A program made the translations under genes and the position numbers. The notes under the pieces are model-generated. The model was not told where the DNA came from. It saw only the letters and a program-made list of their open reading frames with translations, and did no database searches. From the NCBI GenBank assembly GCA_002748455.1, contig PDSL01000023.1:1-63647 (forward strand): DNA of 63,647 nucleotides, written 5' to 3'. This DNA is from Ilumatobacter coccineus (GTDB lineage Bacteria > Actinomycetota > Acidimicrobiia > Acidimicrobiales > Ilumatobacteraceae). Of the stretch, positions 1 to 9,638 are shown piece after piece. Positions within the stretch are counted from its first letter, which is position 1. Each line of letters starts with the position of its first letter.

Positions 1-252
1 GCCCAAGCTGACCACCTCAGAACCGGTCTCTTCCACCCAGTCCCGGCCGGTGATCCCGATATCAAACAAGCCTTCAGCCACATAGGACGGAATCTCTTGG
101 GGCCGCAGAATACGCACCTCATCGATACGCGGATCATCGATCTCGGCCTTATAGGCCACACTCGACGAACGGCGGATCGTCAGATCAGCCGCCTCAAACA
201 GTTCGAAGGTCGACTTCTCCAGCGACCCCTTGGGCAGCACCACATGCAACAT
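1..252 (-). CDS. hisG: ATP phosphoribosyltransferase, 5' part (runs off window)
   Basis: Manual translation MLHVVLPKGSLEKSTFELFEAADL...ILRPQEIPSYVAEGLFDIGITGRDWVEE carries the HisG PKG and D-x-GITG-x-D motifs; TAGCCT -10 lies 8 nt before the ATG. Confidence 0.93.
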   Translation of the reverse strand, partial: MLHVVLPKGSLEKSTFELFEAADLTIRRSSSVAYKAEIDDPRIDEVRILRPQEIPSYVAEGLFDIGITGRDWVEETGSEVVSLG

Positions 253-323
253 GACCACTGAGGCTACCCCGAGTCAGCGATCGCTGATCGTTCAGCGATA
301 ACCCAGTGCTGTTCAGTGAGTCT

Positions 324-806
324 TCAGTGATCCGTGGGCAAGGATGCCAAGAGCTTGACCGCATGAGGAATCACATCGATCACCGCATCGATCTGCTCGA
401 TCGCCCCCTTGGGACTGCCCGGCGTATTACAGATCATGGTCGTACCCCTGATCCCGGCCACACCGCGCGATAAGCGCCCATAGGGGCTCACCAGCCGCAT
501 CGCTTCGGCAATGCCTGGTGCTTCTCGTTCGATCACCGCCCGGGTACCTTCAGGGGTTTGATCACGGGGACCGAACCCCGTCCCCCCGGTGGTCACCACC
601 AAGCCAGCGAAGCCCTCACACATCTCGGTCAAGGCAGCCGCCACCTCATCAGCACCATCCTGGGTGACCCGATGCTCAACCACCTCAAACCCCGCGGCCA
701 CCAGGTGAGCAACCAAGCCCCGCCCTCCGGTGTCGTCACGGGCACCAAACGCCACACCATCGCTCACGGTGAGCACCTTGGCCCTGAGGTTCACTGTCTG
801 ATTCAT
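324..806 (-). CDS. MogA/MoaB molybdenum cofactor biosynthesis protein
   Basis: VLTVSD, VTTGGTGFGPRDQTPE and NTPGSPKG motifs; start trimmed to MNQTVNL (a GTG slightly upstream is possible). Confidence 0.9.
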   Translation of the reverse strand: MNQTVNLRAKVLTVSDGVAFGARDDTGGRGLVAHLVAAGFEVVEHRVTQDGADEVAAALTEMCEGFAGLVVTTGGTGFGPRDQTPEGTRAVIEREAPGIAEAMRLVSPYGRLSRGVAGIRGTTMICNTPGSPKGAIEQIDAVIDVIPHAVKLLASLPTDH

Positions 807-841
807 GACTGCCTGCCCCACCACTCGAACGCTAACGCCAT

Positions 842-1954
842 TCAGCGGACTCGCCGATAGCGAATCAAGACCATGCCATCGGTGTCGGCATCGTGGGGAA
901 AGACCCGCCACCCCTGGCCATAGGGCCGCCACTGGCCCAAGGGTGGCGGCCGATCATCGATCACAAAGCCCTCTGGCGTGGCGTGGTCGATCGACTCGGC
1001 AGCGGTCAAGGTGCACACGCTGTACACCAGGCGGCCACCCGGTGCCACCAGTCGAGCCGATGCCGCCAGGATGCGAGACTGGAGGGCCACCAGATCATCA
1101 AGACGATCCGGCGTGATCCGCCACCGGGCATCCGGTCGCCGCCGCAAGGCTCCCAGCCCGCTACACGGGGCATCGATCAAGACCGCATCAAACGAACCGG
1201 GCTCAAAGGCTGGAGCGCTGGCATCGCCCACCACCGCGGTCAGCTCACAGCCGAGCCGCTGCGCATTCTTGGCCACCAACGACACCCGGTTGGCCCGCAC
1301 ATCCATGGCGATCACCTCAGCTCCGGTGGCCGCCAGCGCTGTGGCCTTGCCACCAGGAGCAGCGCACGCATCGAGCACCTTCTCCCCCGCCTTGGCCTCC
1401 ACTGCAGCAGCAACCCACTGGGATGACTCATCTTGGACATAGCCATCGGTTCGCACCGTCACCGGCGGCACCTGATTCATCCGCTCCAGCGCGGCCACAG
1501 CATCATCGTCACCCAGCTCGGCGGTTAAGCGCTCTCCGATCCAGTCGGGATAGCTCAATCGGGCCCAGGGCGATGGCCACACATCACCGGGGTCGCGAGC
1601 GATCCGCCGCAGCACCGCGTTGACGAATCCCTTCTGCGACCGTGGTGCCAGGTTCACCGTCTCGGACACGCCAGCATGAGGGGCGACATCGCCGAACACG
1701 ATCTGATAGACCCCGATCCGCAAGAGGGTGCGGATCGGTGGACGTGGATCGGTGGTCACAAACCGATCGATGATCACATCACAGGCACGACGCATCCGGG
1801 TGGTGCCATAGACCAACTCGGTCACAAAGCGACGATCCCGATCCGACAACTCGGACCGGTCAAGCTCAGCGCCGACAACGAGGTTGGCAAATGCCCCCTG
1901 ATGATCGATACGCAGCAGGGCGTCATAAGCCACTTGACGAGATGATCGGCTCAC
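842..1954 (-). CDS. rsmB: 16S rRNA m5C967 methyltransferase RsmB/Sun (NusB-like N-domain), short form
   Basis: VLDACAAPGGK, DAPCSGLG, LVYSVCT motifs; follows fmt with GTGA overlap. Confidence 0.9.
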   Translation of the reverse strand: MSRSSRQVAYDALLRIDHQGAFANLVVGAELDRSELSDRDRRFVTELVYGTTRMRRACDVIIDRFVTTDPRPPIRTLLRIGVYQIVFGDVAPHAGVSETVNLAPRSQKGFVNAVLRRIARDPGDVWPSPWARLSYPDWIGERLTAELGDDDAVAALERMNQVPPVTVRTDGYVQDESSQWVAAAVEAKAGEKVLDACAAPGGKATALAATGAEVIAMDVRANRVSLVAKNAQRLGCELTAVVGDASAPAFEPGSFDAVLIDAPCSGLGALRRRPDARWRITPDRLDDLVALQSRILAASARLVAPGGRLVYSVCTLTAAESIDHATPEGFVIDDRPPPLGQWRPYGQGWRVFPHDADTDGMVLIRYRRVR

Positions 1955-2778
1955 TCGAACCACTCATCAGGATCAAGCTGGGCACCGCGACACCAAGCGT
2001 CATAGTCCATCGGCTTCTTGCCTGCCGGTTGGATTCGGGTGATCACCAGATCGCCATCGACCAGATCAGCTGCCAAGATCTTGACCCGCTGGCCTCGGAA
2101 GCTGGTCCACGCTCCCCCAGCTCGGATCACCCGGTCAATCTGGATCGGTGGATCAGACCAGTCGATATGGCGATCATCAGCGGTGATCTTGTGGGCATAG
2201 GTCACCTCACCCACCTGGGGCTCGGGTTCGCCCAAACCCTGAACCAGACCCTGATCAGCAATACCGGCCAGCGTGTCGACCACGAGCTGACTCCCAGCAG
2301 CAACCAGCTCGGCCCTGAGTTCGTCGGCGGTGGCCCGGTCCCCGATCGGCGCCTCAACTCGGGCATAGACACCCCCGGTATCAAGGCCCGACTCAACCCT
2401 CATCACACACACCCCGGTGACTTCATCGCCAGCCAGGATCGCTCGCTCGACCGGGGCCGCGCCTCGCCAGCGCGGCAAGAGCGAAAAATGCAGGTTGACC
2501 ATCGGTACGGCGTCGAGGACATGCTCCTTGACGATCTGGCCAAAGGCGACCACCACACCGAGCTCAGCGCCCGAGTCGACCACCTCGTCAATGTCGTGAG
2601 ACACCTTCAACCCAAGCCGCTGAGCTGCTTCTTTGACCGGAGACGGGGAGGTCTGCTTACCTCGCCCTCGACGGCGATCAGGATTGGTAACGACCAGAAC
2701 GATCTCGTGGCCAGCTTCAACCAGTGCTTCCAGCGGGGGCACCGCCAGCGCTGGGGTGCCAAGATAGACCAGCTTCAC
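1951..2778 (-). CDS. fmt: Methionyl-tRNA formyltransferase
   Basis: YLGTP, NLHFSLLPRWRGAAP, LDTG motifs; follows def. Confidence 0.95.
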   Translation of the reverse strand: MKLVYLGTPALAVPPLEALVEAGHEIVLVVTNPDRRRGRGKQTSPSPVKEAAQRLGLKVSHDIDEVVDSGAELGVVVAFGQIVKEHVLDAVPMVNLHFSLLPRWRGAAPVERAILAGDEVTGVCVMRVESGLDTGGVYARVEAPIGDRATADELRAELVAAGSQLVVDTLAGIADQGLVQGLGEPEPQVGEVTYAHKITADDRHIDWSDPPIQIDRVIRAGGAWTSFRGQRVKILAADLVDGDLVITRIQPAGKKPMDYDAWCRGAQLDPDEWFE

Positions 2779-3323
2779 CGCAGTCGCAGACGACGGAAAC
2801 GCGAATCGGATCGAGTCAGCTCACCAGCTTCGCCAGCACGTTGGATCCGCCGATACTCGGCGAGCGCTTCCCGACGCTGATCGGGAGGCAGACGATCGAA
2901 CATCAAGATGCCATTGAGATGGTCGATCTCATGCTGAAACATGCGAGCTTCCAGCTCGTCAGCCTCATAGTCGACCGCTTCACCATCGATGCCGAAACCC
3001 CGCACCAAGACCGTTTTGGGACGCACCATCTCGACATAGAGCCCAGGAATCGATAGACAGCCTTCGTCATAGACCCATTCACCATCGGATTCGACCACCT
3101 CGGGGTTGATGATGGCGTGACGCTGCCCCTCACCCAGATCCCACACGACCACCTGCTTGCGCACTCCGATCTGGGGAGCTGCGAGCGCCAGCCCGTTGCC
3201 ACTCTCAGCAAGGGCATCAAACATGTCATCGACGAGGCGCACCACCTTGGCATCAATATCGCCGACCGCGGCAGCTTTGGTTTTGAGCACCGGGTCGCCA
3301 TAGGTGCGGATCGCATAGGTCAC
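2775..3323 (-). CDS. def: Peptide deformylase
   Basis: GLALAAPQIG, EGCLS, QHEIDHLNG motifs. Confidence 0.97.
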   Translation of the reverse strand: MTYAIRTYGDPVLKTKAAAVGDIDAKVVRLVDDMFDALAESGNGLALAAPQIGVRKQVVVWDLGEGQRHAIINPEVVESDGEWVYDEGCLSIPGLYVEMVRPKTVLVRGFGIDGEAVDYEADELEARMFQHEIDHLNGILMFDRLPPDQRREALAEYRRIQRAGEAGELTRSDSRFRRLRLR

Positions 3324-3449
3324 GTCCCCACACTACCGGGCTGACTCTCAACGAACGGCGTGACAAACAGGCGATGACGACCACAGCGATAAGCGATCCA
3401 ACAAGCGATCCAGTGAGCAATCCAGCTCGGCAGCTGCCAAGCTGAAGTC

Positions 3450-4040
3450 GTGGGACACTATTTCGACGCCGATCCGGCAACGACCAGTAAGACCACCACC
3501 ATCGATGTCACCCTGGCTGATCTGGCGTTCACCATGACCACCGACCGTGGTGTCTTTAGCCACGGCAAACTCGACACCGGCACCGCACTCTTGCTCAACC
3601 AGGCCCCGCCACCACCAGCGACCGGCCACCTGGCCGATATCGGATGCGGCACCGGGGCGATCGCCCTCACCCTGGCCCAACGATCACCCCAGGCCACCGT
3701 GTGGGCGATCGATGTGAACCAGCGAGCCCGCGAGCTCACCCACGCCAATGCCGAACGACTCGGTCTCACCAATATCACTGTGGCCGCTCCCGATGATGTT
3801 CCCGACACGGTGACCTTCTCAGCGATCTGGTCCAACCCACCGATCCGGATCGGCAAGTCGGCCCTTCATGAGCTCTTGACCACCTGGCTGACCCGCCTCG
3901 ACGGCACCGCGATCCTGGTGGTTCAGAAGCATCTCGGCTCCGATTCACTCCAGCGCTGGCTGATCAGCCAGGGCTACCCCACCGACCGCCTGACCAGCCG
4001 GGCGGGATATCGACTCTTCGAGGTCACCGCGGCGCGCTAG
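3450..4040 (+). CDS. Class I SAM-dependent methyltransferase (MTS/RsmC-like)
   Basis: GVFS...D-x-GT, DIGCGTG, SNPP motifs. Confidence 0.85.
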   Translation: MGHYFDADPATTSKTTTIDVTLADLAFTMTTDRGVFSHGKLDTGTALLLNQAPPPPATGHLADIGCGTGAIALTLAQRSPQATVWAIDVNQRARELTHANAERLGLTNITVAAPDDVPDTVTFSAIWSNPPIRIGKSALHELLTTWLTRLDGTAILVVQKHLGSDSLQRWLISQGYPTDRLTSRAGYRLFEVTAAR

Positions 4041-4097
4041 CGCCACCACCCGATCCATCCGGTGATCGAACAGTCGACGAAGACGACGATTCACGGA

Positions 4098-5801
4098 TCA
4101 CCGGGGCGGATCGACCGCTACCCGTAATCGACTTCCCGATGGGCGCACCCCATCACGAAGAACCTGTCCCAGGGTCATCCAGTCATCGCATCGGATCAGG
4201 TACCGCCCCTCGCTCCCACCGATGCGGACATCTCCCGACAAGGACGCCACAAACTCCTCACTGCCAGCTCCCGACACCTCGGCATAAGCCCCAAAGGGCG
4301 GCAAGCCCAGCATCTGGCGGCGCTCCCGATCAGGGCCGACCATCACCCCCGGATCAGCCGCCGCCGCTGCCCGGATGACATCGTGATCGGGCACAAAGGT
4401 CTGGAGCAGGATCTTGCCACCCCGATAGCCCGGCCCCACCAAGCGAGCAGCCCTCACGATCAGGGCCATCGCCTGCTCGCCAGCCCGATAGCGAGGAGCC
4501 AAGATCTCTCGATCGATATCCAAGAACGCCACCGTCGATGCGGCGGGCACACGATGTAGCGCTGCCTCGGTACCGACATAGACCCCGGCAACCGGTGGAC
4601 ATTGGGGCCCCTTGGCGGTCACCAAGACCGCTGGGCGCCCTGCAGCAGCTTCGATCTCTTCTCGCAACCGAGTCACCCCAGGCCTCAGATTGGCAAACCG
4701 GGTCCCACCACAGGCCTGACACACCGCTGGACGCTGAGCGCCACATCGCCCGCATCTCAAGGTGTCGTCATCATCAAGCCCAACCGCTGCATCACACACC
4801 TCACAGCGGGTCAAATCCCGGCAGCTCCGACAGGCCAATACCCGAGCCCGCCCGGTGGTATTGCTGACACACACCACAGTTCGCTCTGAGTCACGCAATT
4901 CGGCGATCAAGGCTGAGGTCATCAAGGACCGTTTCCACGGCTCTTCACCGGTGCGATCGACCACCTCAACCACCGGCCAGGCGCGACCTTCCCGCTCGGG
5001 CGGCGGAACCACCGGCGACCGCCACTCGAGAACATCCACAGTCGGACAGGGCGACACCACCGCTACCGGCACCCCTTGGCGACGTCCCCGCTCGATCGCC
5101 ACATCACGGGCGTGCCAGGTGGGCGACGATTCATCGCGCAAGGCTTCATCGTGTTCATCGAGGACCACGATGGCCGCCAGATCGCGACACGGTGACCAGG
5201 CCGCCAGCCGCCCCCCGATCACCACATCAACCCCACTGGCTGCCGCTGCCCACTCATCGGGGACCTGAGCCACCGTGAGCCCACCATGGCGCAGCCGCCC
5301 AGCCAACACGCTGGCAGTCTCGACCGAGGCCACGATGACCACCGTCGGCCCCAGCCGGGCCGCGCTGGCGATCACCGGCAAGGGATCGCTGGTCGGCGGC
5401 AATCGGACCACTCCTCCCCCCTCGTTCAGCACCCGCTCGGTAGCTGGCGAATGAGGCGAGATCGTCGCTCCCGACCGACGTGGTGACCCGAGCGCCACCA
5501 CCGCCCGCCTTGGCGATCCAGCATGCAGAAAGTGACGCCGCCGTCCAGCCCAGCGAATTGCTGCCCACTCGGCCAACTCGATGATCTCTGCTGAAGGTCC
5601 ACACCCGGTTCGCTTGGCCAACGGTTTCAGCTCGCCGACATGAGCATCGTCGGGATCAAGCCCGACCACCCAGCCGCCAACCCGGCGACCATGCAGCTCG
5701 ATTCGCACCAGATCGCCGAGGGCTAGCGTCCAGTCAGCCGGCACCTCAAAGTCGAAAGTCTTGTCGAGACCGCTGACATTGGGAAGGACCCGGGCGATCA
5801 T
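4098..5801 (-). CDS. priA: Primosomal protein N' (actinobacterial PriA type)
   Basis: Four CxxC pairs (CRSC, CEVC, CGRC, CQAC), LDEHD...HARDVA; downstream of metK; CAGGAG before ATG at 5801. Confidence 0.88.
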   Translation of the reverse strand: MIARVLPNVSGLDKTFDFEVPADWTLALGDLVRIELHGRRVGGWVVGLDPDDAHVGELKPLAKRTGCGPSAEIIELAEWAAIRWAGRRRHFLHAGSPRRAVVALGSPRRSGATISPHSPATERVLNEGGGVVRLPPTSDPLPVIASAARLGPTVVIVASVETASVLAGRLRHGGLTVAQVPDEWAAAASGVDVVIGGRLAAWSPCRDLAAIVVLDEHDEALRDESSPTWHARDVAIERGRRQGVPVAVVSPCPTVDVLEWRSPVVPPPEREGRAWPVVEVVDRTGEEPWKRSLMTSALIAELRDSERTVVCVSNTTGRARVLACRSCRDLTRCEVCDAAVGLDDDDTLRCGRCGAQRPAVCQACGGTRFANLRPGVTRLREEIEAAAGRPAVLVTAKGPQCPPVAGVYVGTEAALHRVPAASTVAFLDIDREILAPRYRAGEQAMALIVRAARLVGPGYRGGKILLQTFVPDHDVIRAAAAADPGVMVGPDRERRQMLGLPPFGAYAEVSGAGSEEFVASLSGDVRIGGSEGRYLIRCDDWMTLGQVLRDGVRPSGSRLRVAVDPPR

Positions 5802-5808
5802 CTCCTGT

Positions 5809-6999
5809 CTAGAGGCCGACAGCCGAGCGGAACTCGTCAAGCCGAGTGAGCTGTTCCCAGGGGAACTCATCACGTCCGAAATGGCCGTGGGCAGCGGTCG
5901 AACGATAGATCGGTCGCTTCAGATCAAGGTCTCTGACGATCGCTCCCGGTCGCAGGTCAAAGACCTCACGCACCGCTCGATCGATCTGCTCGACGGGCAC
6001 CGTATTGGTGCCCTCGGTGTCGACATACACACTCAAGGGGTGGGACATCCCGATCCCGTAGGCCACCTGGAGGCTGCACCGGGTCGCTGCTCCCGATGCC
6101 ACCACATGCTTGGCAACCCAGCGGGCCGCATACGCACCAGAACGGTCAACCTTGGACGGATCCTTGCCGGAGAAGGCACCCCCACCGTGATGCCCGATCC
6201 CACCATAGGTATCGACGATGATCTTGCGCCCGGTCAAGCCACAATCCCCCTGGGGACCACCGACCACAAAACTGCCGGTCGGGTTGACGAAGACGTCATA
6301 GTCGTCATCGGCAAATCGCTCCGGGATGATCGGACGAATCACGTGGTCGATCAGGTCAGGACGAATCACTGTGTCACGATCGATCCCCCCAAGATGTTGG
6401 GTGGAGATCAAGACACTCTCCAACGCCACCGCCTTGCCGTCTTCGTAGGCAAAGGCAACCTGGGTCTTGCCATCAGGCCGGAGATAGGGCAACTGGCCGG
6501 ACTTGCGCACCTCGGTCAGCCGCTCAGCCAACCGGTGAGCCGTCCAAATCGGCAACGGCATCAAGGCCTCGGTCTCATCACATGCATACCCGAAGACCAT
6601 CCCCTGATCACCGGCACCCTGTTCATCGATCAGATCATCAGGGCTCGCCAGACCCGAGCGAACCTCTTCGGAGTGGTCAACACCCTGGGCGATATCGGGG
6701 CTTTGGTCGTCGATCGACACGATCACCCCACAGGTATTGCCATCAAACCCGTAGGACGCGTTGTCATAGCCGATCTCGTTGATCGTTTGGCGAACGATCC
6801 GAGGGATCTCCACATACTCACTGGTGGTGATCTCACCGGCGACTACACACAACCCGGTGGTCACCAGGGTTTCGCAGGCCACTCGACCATCGGGATCAAC
6901 AGCCAAGATGGCGTCGAGCACCGCATCGCTGATCTGGTCGGCCATCTTGTCAGGATGACCCTCGGTCACACTTTCAGAGCTAAAGGTCCACCGGGCCAT
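5809..6999 (-). CDS. metK: S-adenosylmethionine synthetase
   Basis: [26 protein letters not shown] signatures. Confidence 0.99.
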   Translation of the reverse strand: MARWTFSSESVTEGHPDKMADQISDAVLDAILAVDPDGRVACETLVTTGLCVVAGEITTSEYVEIPRIVRQTINEIGYDNASYGFDGNTCGVIVSIDDQSPDIAQGVDHSEEVRSGLASPDDLIDEQGAGDQGMVFGYACDETEALMPLPIWTAHRLAERLTEVRKSGQLPYLRPDGKTQVAFAYEDGKAVALESVLISTQHLGGIDRDTVIRPDLIDHVIRPIIPERFADDDYDVFVNPTGSFVVGGPQGDCGLTGRKIIVDTYGGIGHHGGGAFSGKDPSKVDRSGAYAARWVAKHVVASGAATRCSLQVAYGIGMSHPLSVYVDTEGTNTVPVEQIDRAVREVFDLRPGAIVRDLDLKRPIYRSTAAHGHFGRDEFPWEQLTRLDEFRSAVGL

Positions 7000-7057
7000 G
7001 AATTCTCCTCACAACGGTCACGTGACCTGGGATCCTAACCGACGCCAAGCCGAGCCT

Positions 7058-8248
7058 CTACCGGCCCAAACGATCGGCAACCCGATCGAGAACCGCTTCA
7101 GCAACATCGCGCTTGCTCGTCAAGGCAATGTGGACGGGCGCATCGTCCACCGAATAGATCGTGACTGCATTGGTATCAAACCCAAACCCGGTCAAGGGAG
7201 CGTTCACATCGTTGGCCACGATCATGTCGAGCCCCTTGGTGACCAGCTTGTGACGGGCGTTGGCCTCCAAGTCGTCGGTTTCGGCAGCAAACCCCACCAC
7301 GATCTGGCCCTCAGGCTTGTGGGCTGCCAGCTCGGACACGATGTCGGGGGTGGGCTCGAGGACGATGTCAGGGATGCCGTCACGCTTCTTGAGCTTGTGA
7401 GCTGATGCTGCTTGGGGACGGAAATCGGCCACTGCAGCGGCCATGATCACCACCTGAGACTGAGCAGCTAGCGGTTCGATCACCGCCTTCATCTCGGCAG
7501 CGGTATCGACACCGATCACCTCGACCCCAGCGGGCACCGGAAGATCAACCGTGGAAACCAGGGTCACCTCGGCACCACGAGCTGCAGCAGCGGCGGCCAG
7601 GGCATAGCCCTGTTTGCCTGAACTGCGATTGGCGATCACCCGAACTGCATCGATCGGTTCGCGAGTGCCTCCAGCACTGATCACGATCTTGACGCCATCG
7701 AGGTCATCATCGTGAAAAACCCCATCGATGGCGGCGACGATGGCAGCGGGATCAGCCAGCCGTCCAGCGCCCTGGTCACCACCGGCCAGCCGTCCGATCG
7801 TCGGTTCGACGATATGAACACCGCGCTGGCGAAGAACAGCAATATTGTCGACCACCGCTGGGTTGTCCCACATCTCGGTGTGCATCGCTGGACAGATCAT
7901 GACCGGAGCGGCGGTGGCCAACAAGACATTGGTCAAGAGGTCGGTAGCCAGCCCCATCCGGTAGGCCGCAATCACCCGAGCGGTCGCTGGGGCAACCACC
8001 ACCAGATCGGCCGACTGACCGAGCTTGGTGTGAGGAATCGGGGTGTCGGGATCATCCCAGAGCCGGGTGCGAACCGGTTCGCTGGCCAACGCTGACAAGG
8101 TGGTGGGGCCAACAAAGCGCTGGGCTGCCTCGGTCATCACCGGGATGACATGGGCTCCAGCATCGACAAGACGACGAGAAATCTCGATCGCCTTATAGGC
8201 AGCAATGCCCCCGGTGACGCCAAGAACGATCCGTTTGCCGGCCAGCAC
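7058..8248 (-). CDS. coaBC: Bifunctional phosphopantothenoylcysteine decarboxylase/synthetase
   Basis: GVTGGIAAYK, PAMHTEMW, GGTREPIDAVR...NRSSGKQG, GFAAET; start trimmed to GTG of VLAGKR. Confidence 0.96.
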   Translation of the reverse strand: MLAGKRIVLGVTGGIAAYKAIEISRRLVDAGAHVIPVMTEAAQRFVGPTTLSALASEPVRTRLWDDPDTPIPHTKLGQSADLVVVAPATARVIAAYRMGLATDLLTNVLLATAAPVMICPAMHTEMWDNPAVVDNIAVLRQRGVHIVEPTIGRLAGGDQGAGRLADPAAIVAAIDGVFHDDDLDGVKIVISAGGTREPIDAVRVIANRSSGKQGYALAAAAAARGAEVTLVSTVDLPVPAGVEVIGVDTAAEMKAVIEPLAAQSQVVIMAAAVADFRPQAASAHKLKKRDGIPDIVLEPTPDIVSELAAHKPEGQIVVGFAAETDDLEANARHKLVTKGLDMIVANDVNAPLTGFGFDTNAVTIYSVDDAPVHIALTSKRDVAEAVLDRVADRLGR

Positions 8249-8258
8249 GACGCTGAAT

Positions 8259-8621
8259 TTAGTCGTCGGTTGGTTCGTCAGCCGAGTCGTCAGCCGACTC
8301 AGCAGCATCGTCAGCGGTGTCAGCAGACAGATCGGCATCACCGGTGGGCAGGTCGAGGGGATCGACCGTCTCTTCGGGAGCATCGGTCGCCGTGATCTTG
8401 TCGGCAGCGATCTCTTCGAAGGCAATGCTCAAGGGCTTGCGAGAGGTGGACGACACCTGAGGTGGCACCATATGGCCAAGCCCATCACCAAGCTGGTTGA
8501 AATAGGAGTTGATGTTACGAGCCCGGCGAGCGGCCAAGGTCACCAAACCAAACTTCGAGTCGGCGCGACCGAGAAGATCCTCGATCGGGGGCGTCATCAT
8601 CGTGTCATGGGGCTGGGGCAT
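8259..8621 (-). CDS. rpoZ: RNA polymerase omega subunit with acidic tail
   Basis: SKFGLVTLAARRARNIN...KPLSIAFEEI; gmk-rpoZ-coaBC order. Confidence 0.95.
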   Translation of the reverse strand: MPQPHDTMMTPPIEDLLGRADSKFGLVTLAARRARNINSYFNQLGDGLGHMVPPQVSSTSRKPLSIAFEEIAADKITATDAPEETVDPLDLPTGDADLSADTADDAAESADDSADEPTDD

Positions 8622-8700
8622 TGCTTCCTCCGGGAACGAACGGCCTATCTATCCTAGTCGAATCGGTTGCCGTTAACTCCCTGATCCCACCAACCGATCC

Positions 8701-9291
8701 TCAGCCCGATGGCGGGCGCTCTGAGCGACCACGTTCGGTGCGGATGATCGAGATCATCTCATCCACCGTGCGCTCGAGATTGTCGTTGACCACGAGATAG
8801 TCAGCGACCTTTCGACCGATCGCTTCCTCGCGCTTGGCCTTGATCAATCTCTGCTCCACCTTGTGGCCAGGATCGCCCCGCCCCCGCAGGCGCCGTTCTT
8901 GTTCCCGACGCGATGGCGGCACGACAAAGATCAGGATTGCACCGGGATACTTGTCAACCACCTGTCGAGCCCCATCGAGCTCGATCTCCAACACGATGTC
9001 TGGAGCGTTTGGCTCATTGAGCACAACGGGGCACGGGGTGCCGTAATAGTTCCCCAAGAACTCGGTCCATTCCAAGAATCCGCCAGCGCGGATCTCGGCT
9101 TCGAAGGCAGCCCGGTCGGTGAAGACATAGGCATCTTCGCTCTCGCCAACACGCCGGTCACGAGTGGTCCACGACCGGCTCAACCACAGATTGGGGTCGC
9201 GCTCGACCAAGGCATTGACAATGGTCCCCTTGCCGACCCCGCCGGGCCCGGAGACCACAAAGATCAGGGAACGACTAGCCGAGGAGTTCAA
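8701..9291 (-). CDS. gmk: Guanylate kinase (start approximate)
   Basis: SGPGGVGKGT P-loop, SWTTR..R.GE, FLEW..F.GNYYGT. Confidence 0.95.
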   Translation of the reverse strand: MNSSASRSLIFVVSGPGGVGKGTIVNALVERDPNLWLSRSWTTRDRRVGESEDAYVFTDRAAFEAEIRAGGFLEWTEFLGNYYGTPCPVVLNEPNAPDIVLEIELDGARQVVDKYPGAILIFVVPPSRREQERRLRGRGDPGHKVEQRLIKAKREEAIGRKVADYLVVNDNLERTVDEMISIIRTERGRSERPPSG

Positions 9292-9583
9292 GGAGCTCCG
9301 CGCGCTGTTTGACCCCCAAACCTTGGACCCGACGATTACGGGCAATCCCGATGTCGTCCATGATCTTGCGCGCCTTCACCTTGCCCACACCGGGCAATGA
9401 TTCGAGCAGCGACAACACCTTGAGCTTGTCGACATGGGGGTCGTTAGAGCGCAAAGCCTGCTTCAGGGTCAATGAGCCCATCTTCAAGCGAGCCTTGATC
9501 TCGGCGCGCGCCGCGCGCGCTTCGGCTGCCTTCGCAAGTGCCGCTGCCCTTTGCTCAGGACTCAACTGAGGTGGATGTGCCAT
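9275..9583 (-). CDS. mihF: Actinobacterial integration host factor
   Basis: PQLSPEQRAAALAKAAEAR...LLESLPGVGKVKA...GLG..QR; directly upstream of gmk. Confidence 0.95.
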   Translation of the reverse strand: MAHPPQLSPEQRAAALAKAAEARAARAEIKARLKMGSLTLKQALRSNDPHVDKLKVLSLLESLPGVGKVKARKIMDDIGIARNRRVQGLGVKQRAELLELLG

Positions 9584-9638
9584 AAGTCCACGCTACACCG
9601 CCCGCCACCGTCAAACGGGGACTGTGCTCACCAAAGCC

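Noticed and set aside
7005-7030. TCACAACGG...GTGAC resembles part of the SAM/SAH riboswitch found before metK
   Set aside because: It is on the wrong strand relative to metK and lacks the CUUCCUGGC core
5761-7038. 425-aa plus-strand ORF antisense to metK, and similar long shadow ORFs (18314-20029, 24496-25761, 28306-29724, 55267-56439, 59860-61728)
   Set aside because: They are codon-register antisense mirrors of well-supported genes, a typical stop-poor shadow of high-GC codon usage, with no motifs of their own
8259-8330. Short repeats at the 3' end of rpoZ
   Set aside because: They encode a low-complexity acidic tail (ADDAAESADDSADE); not an array
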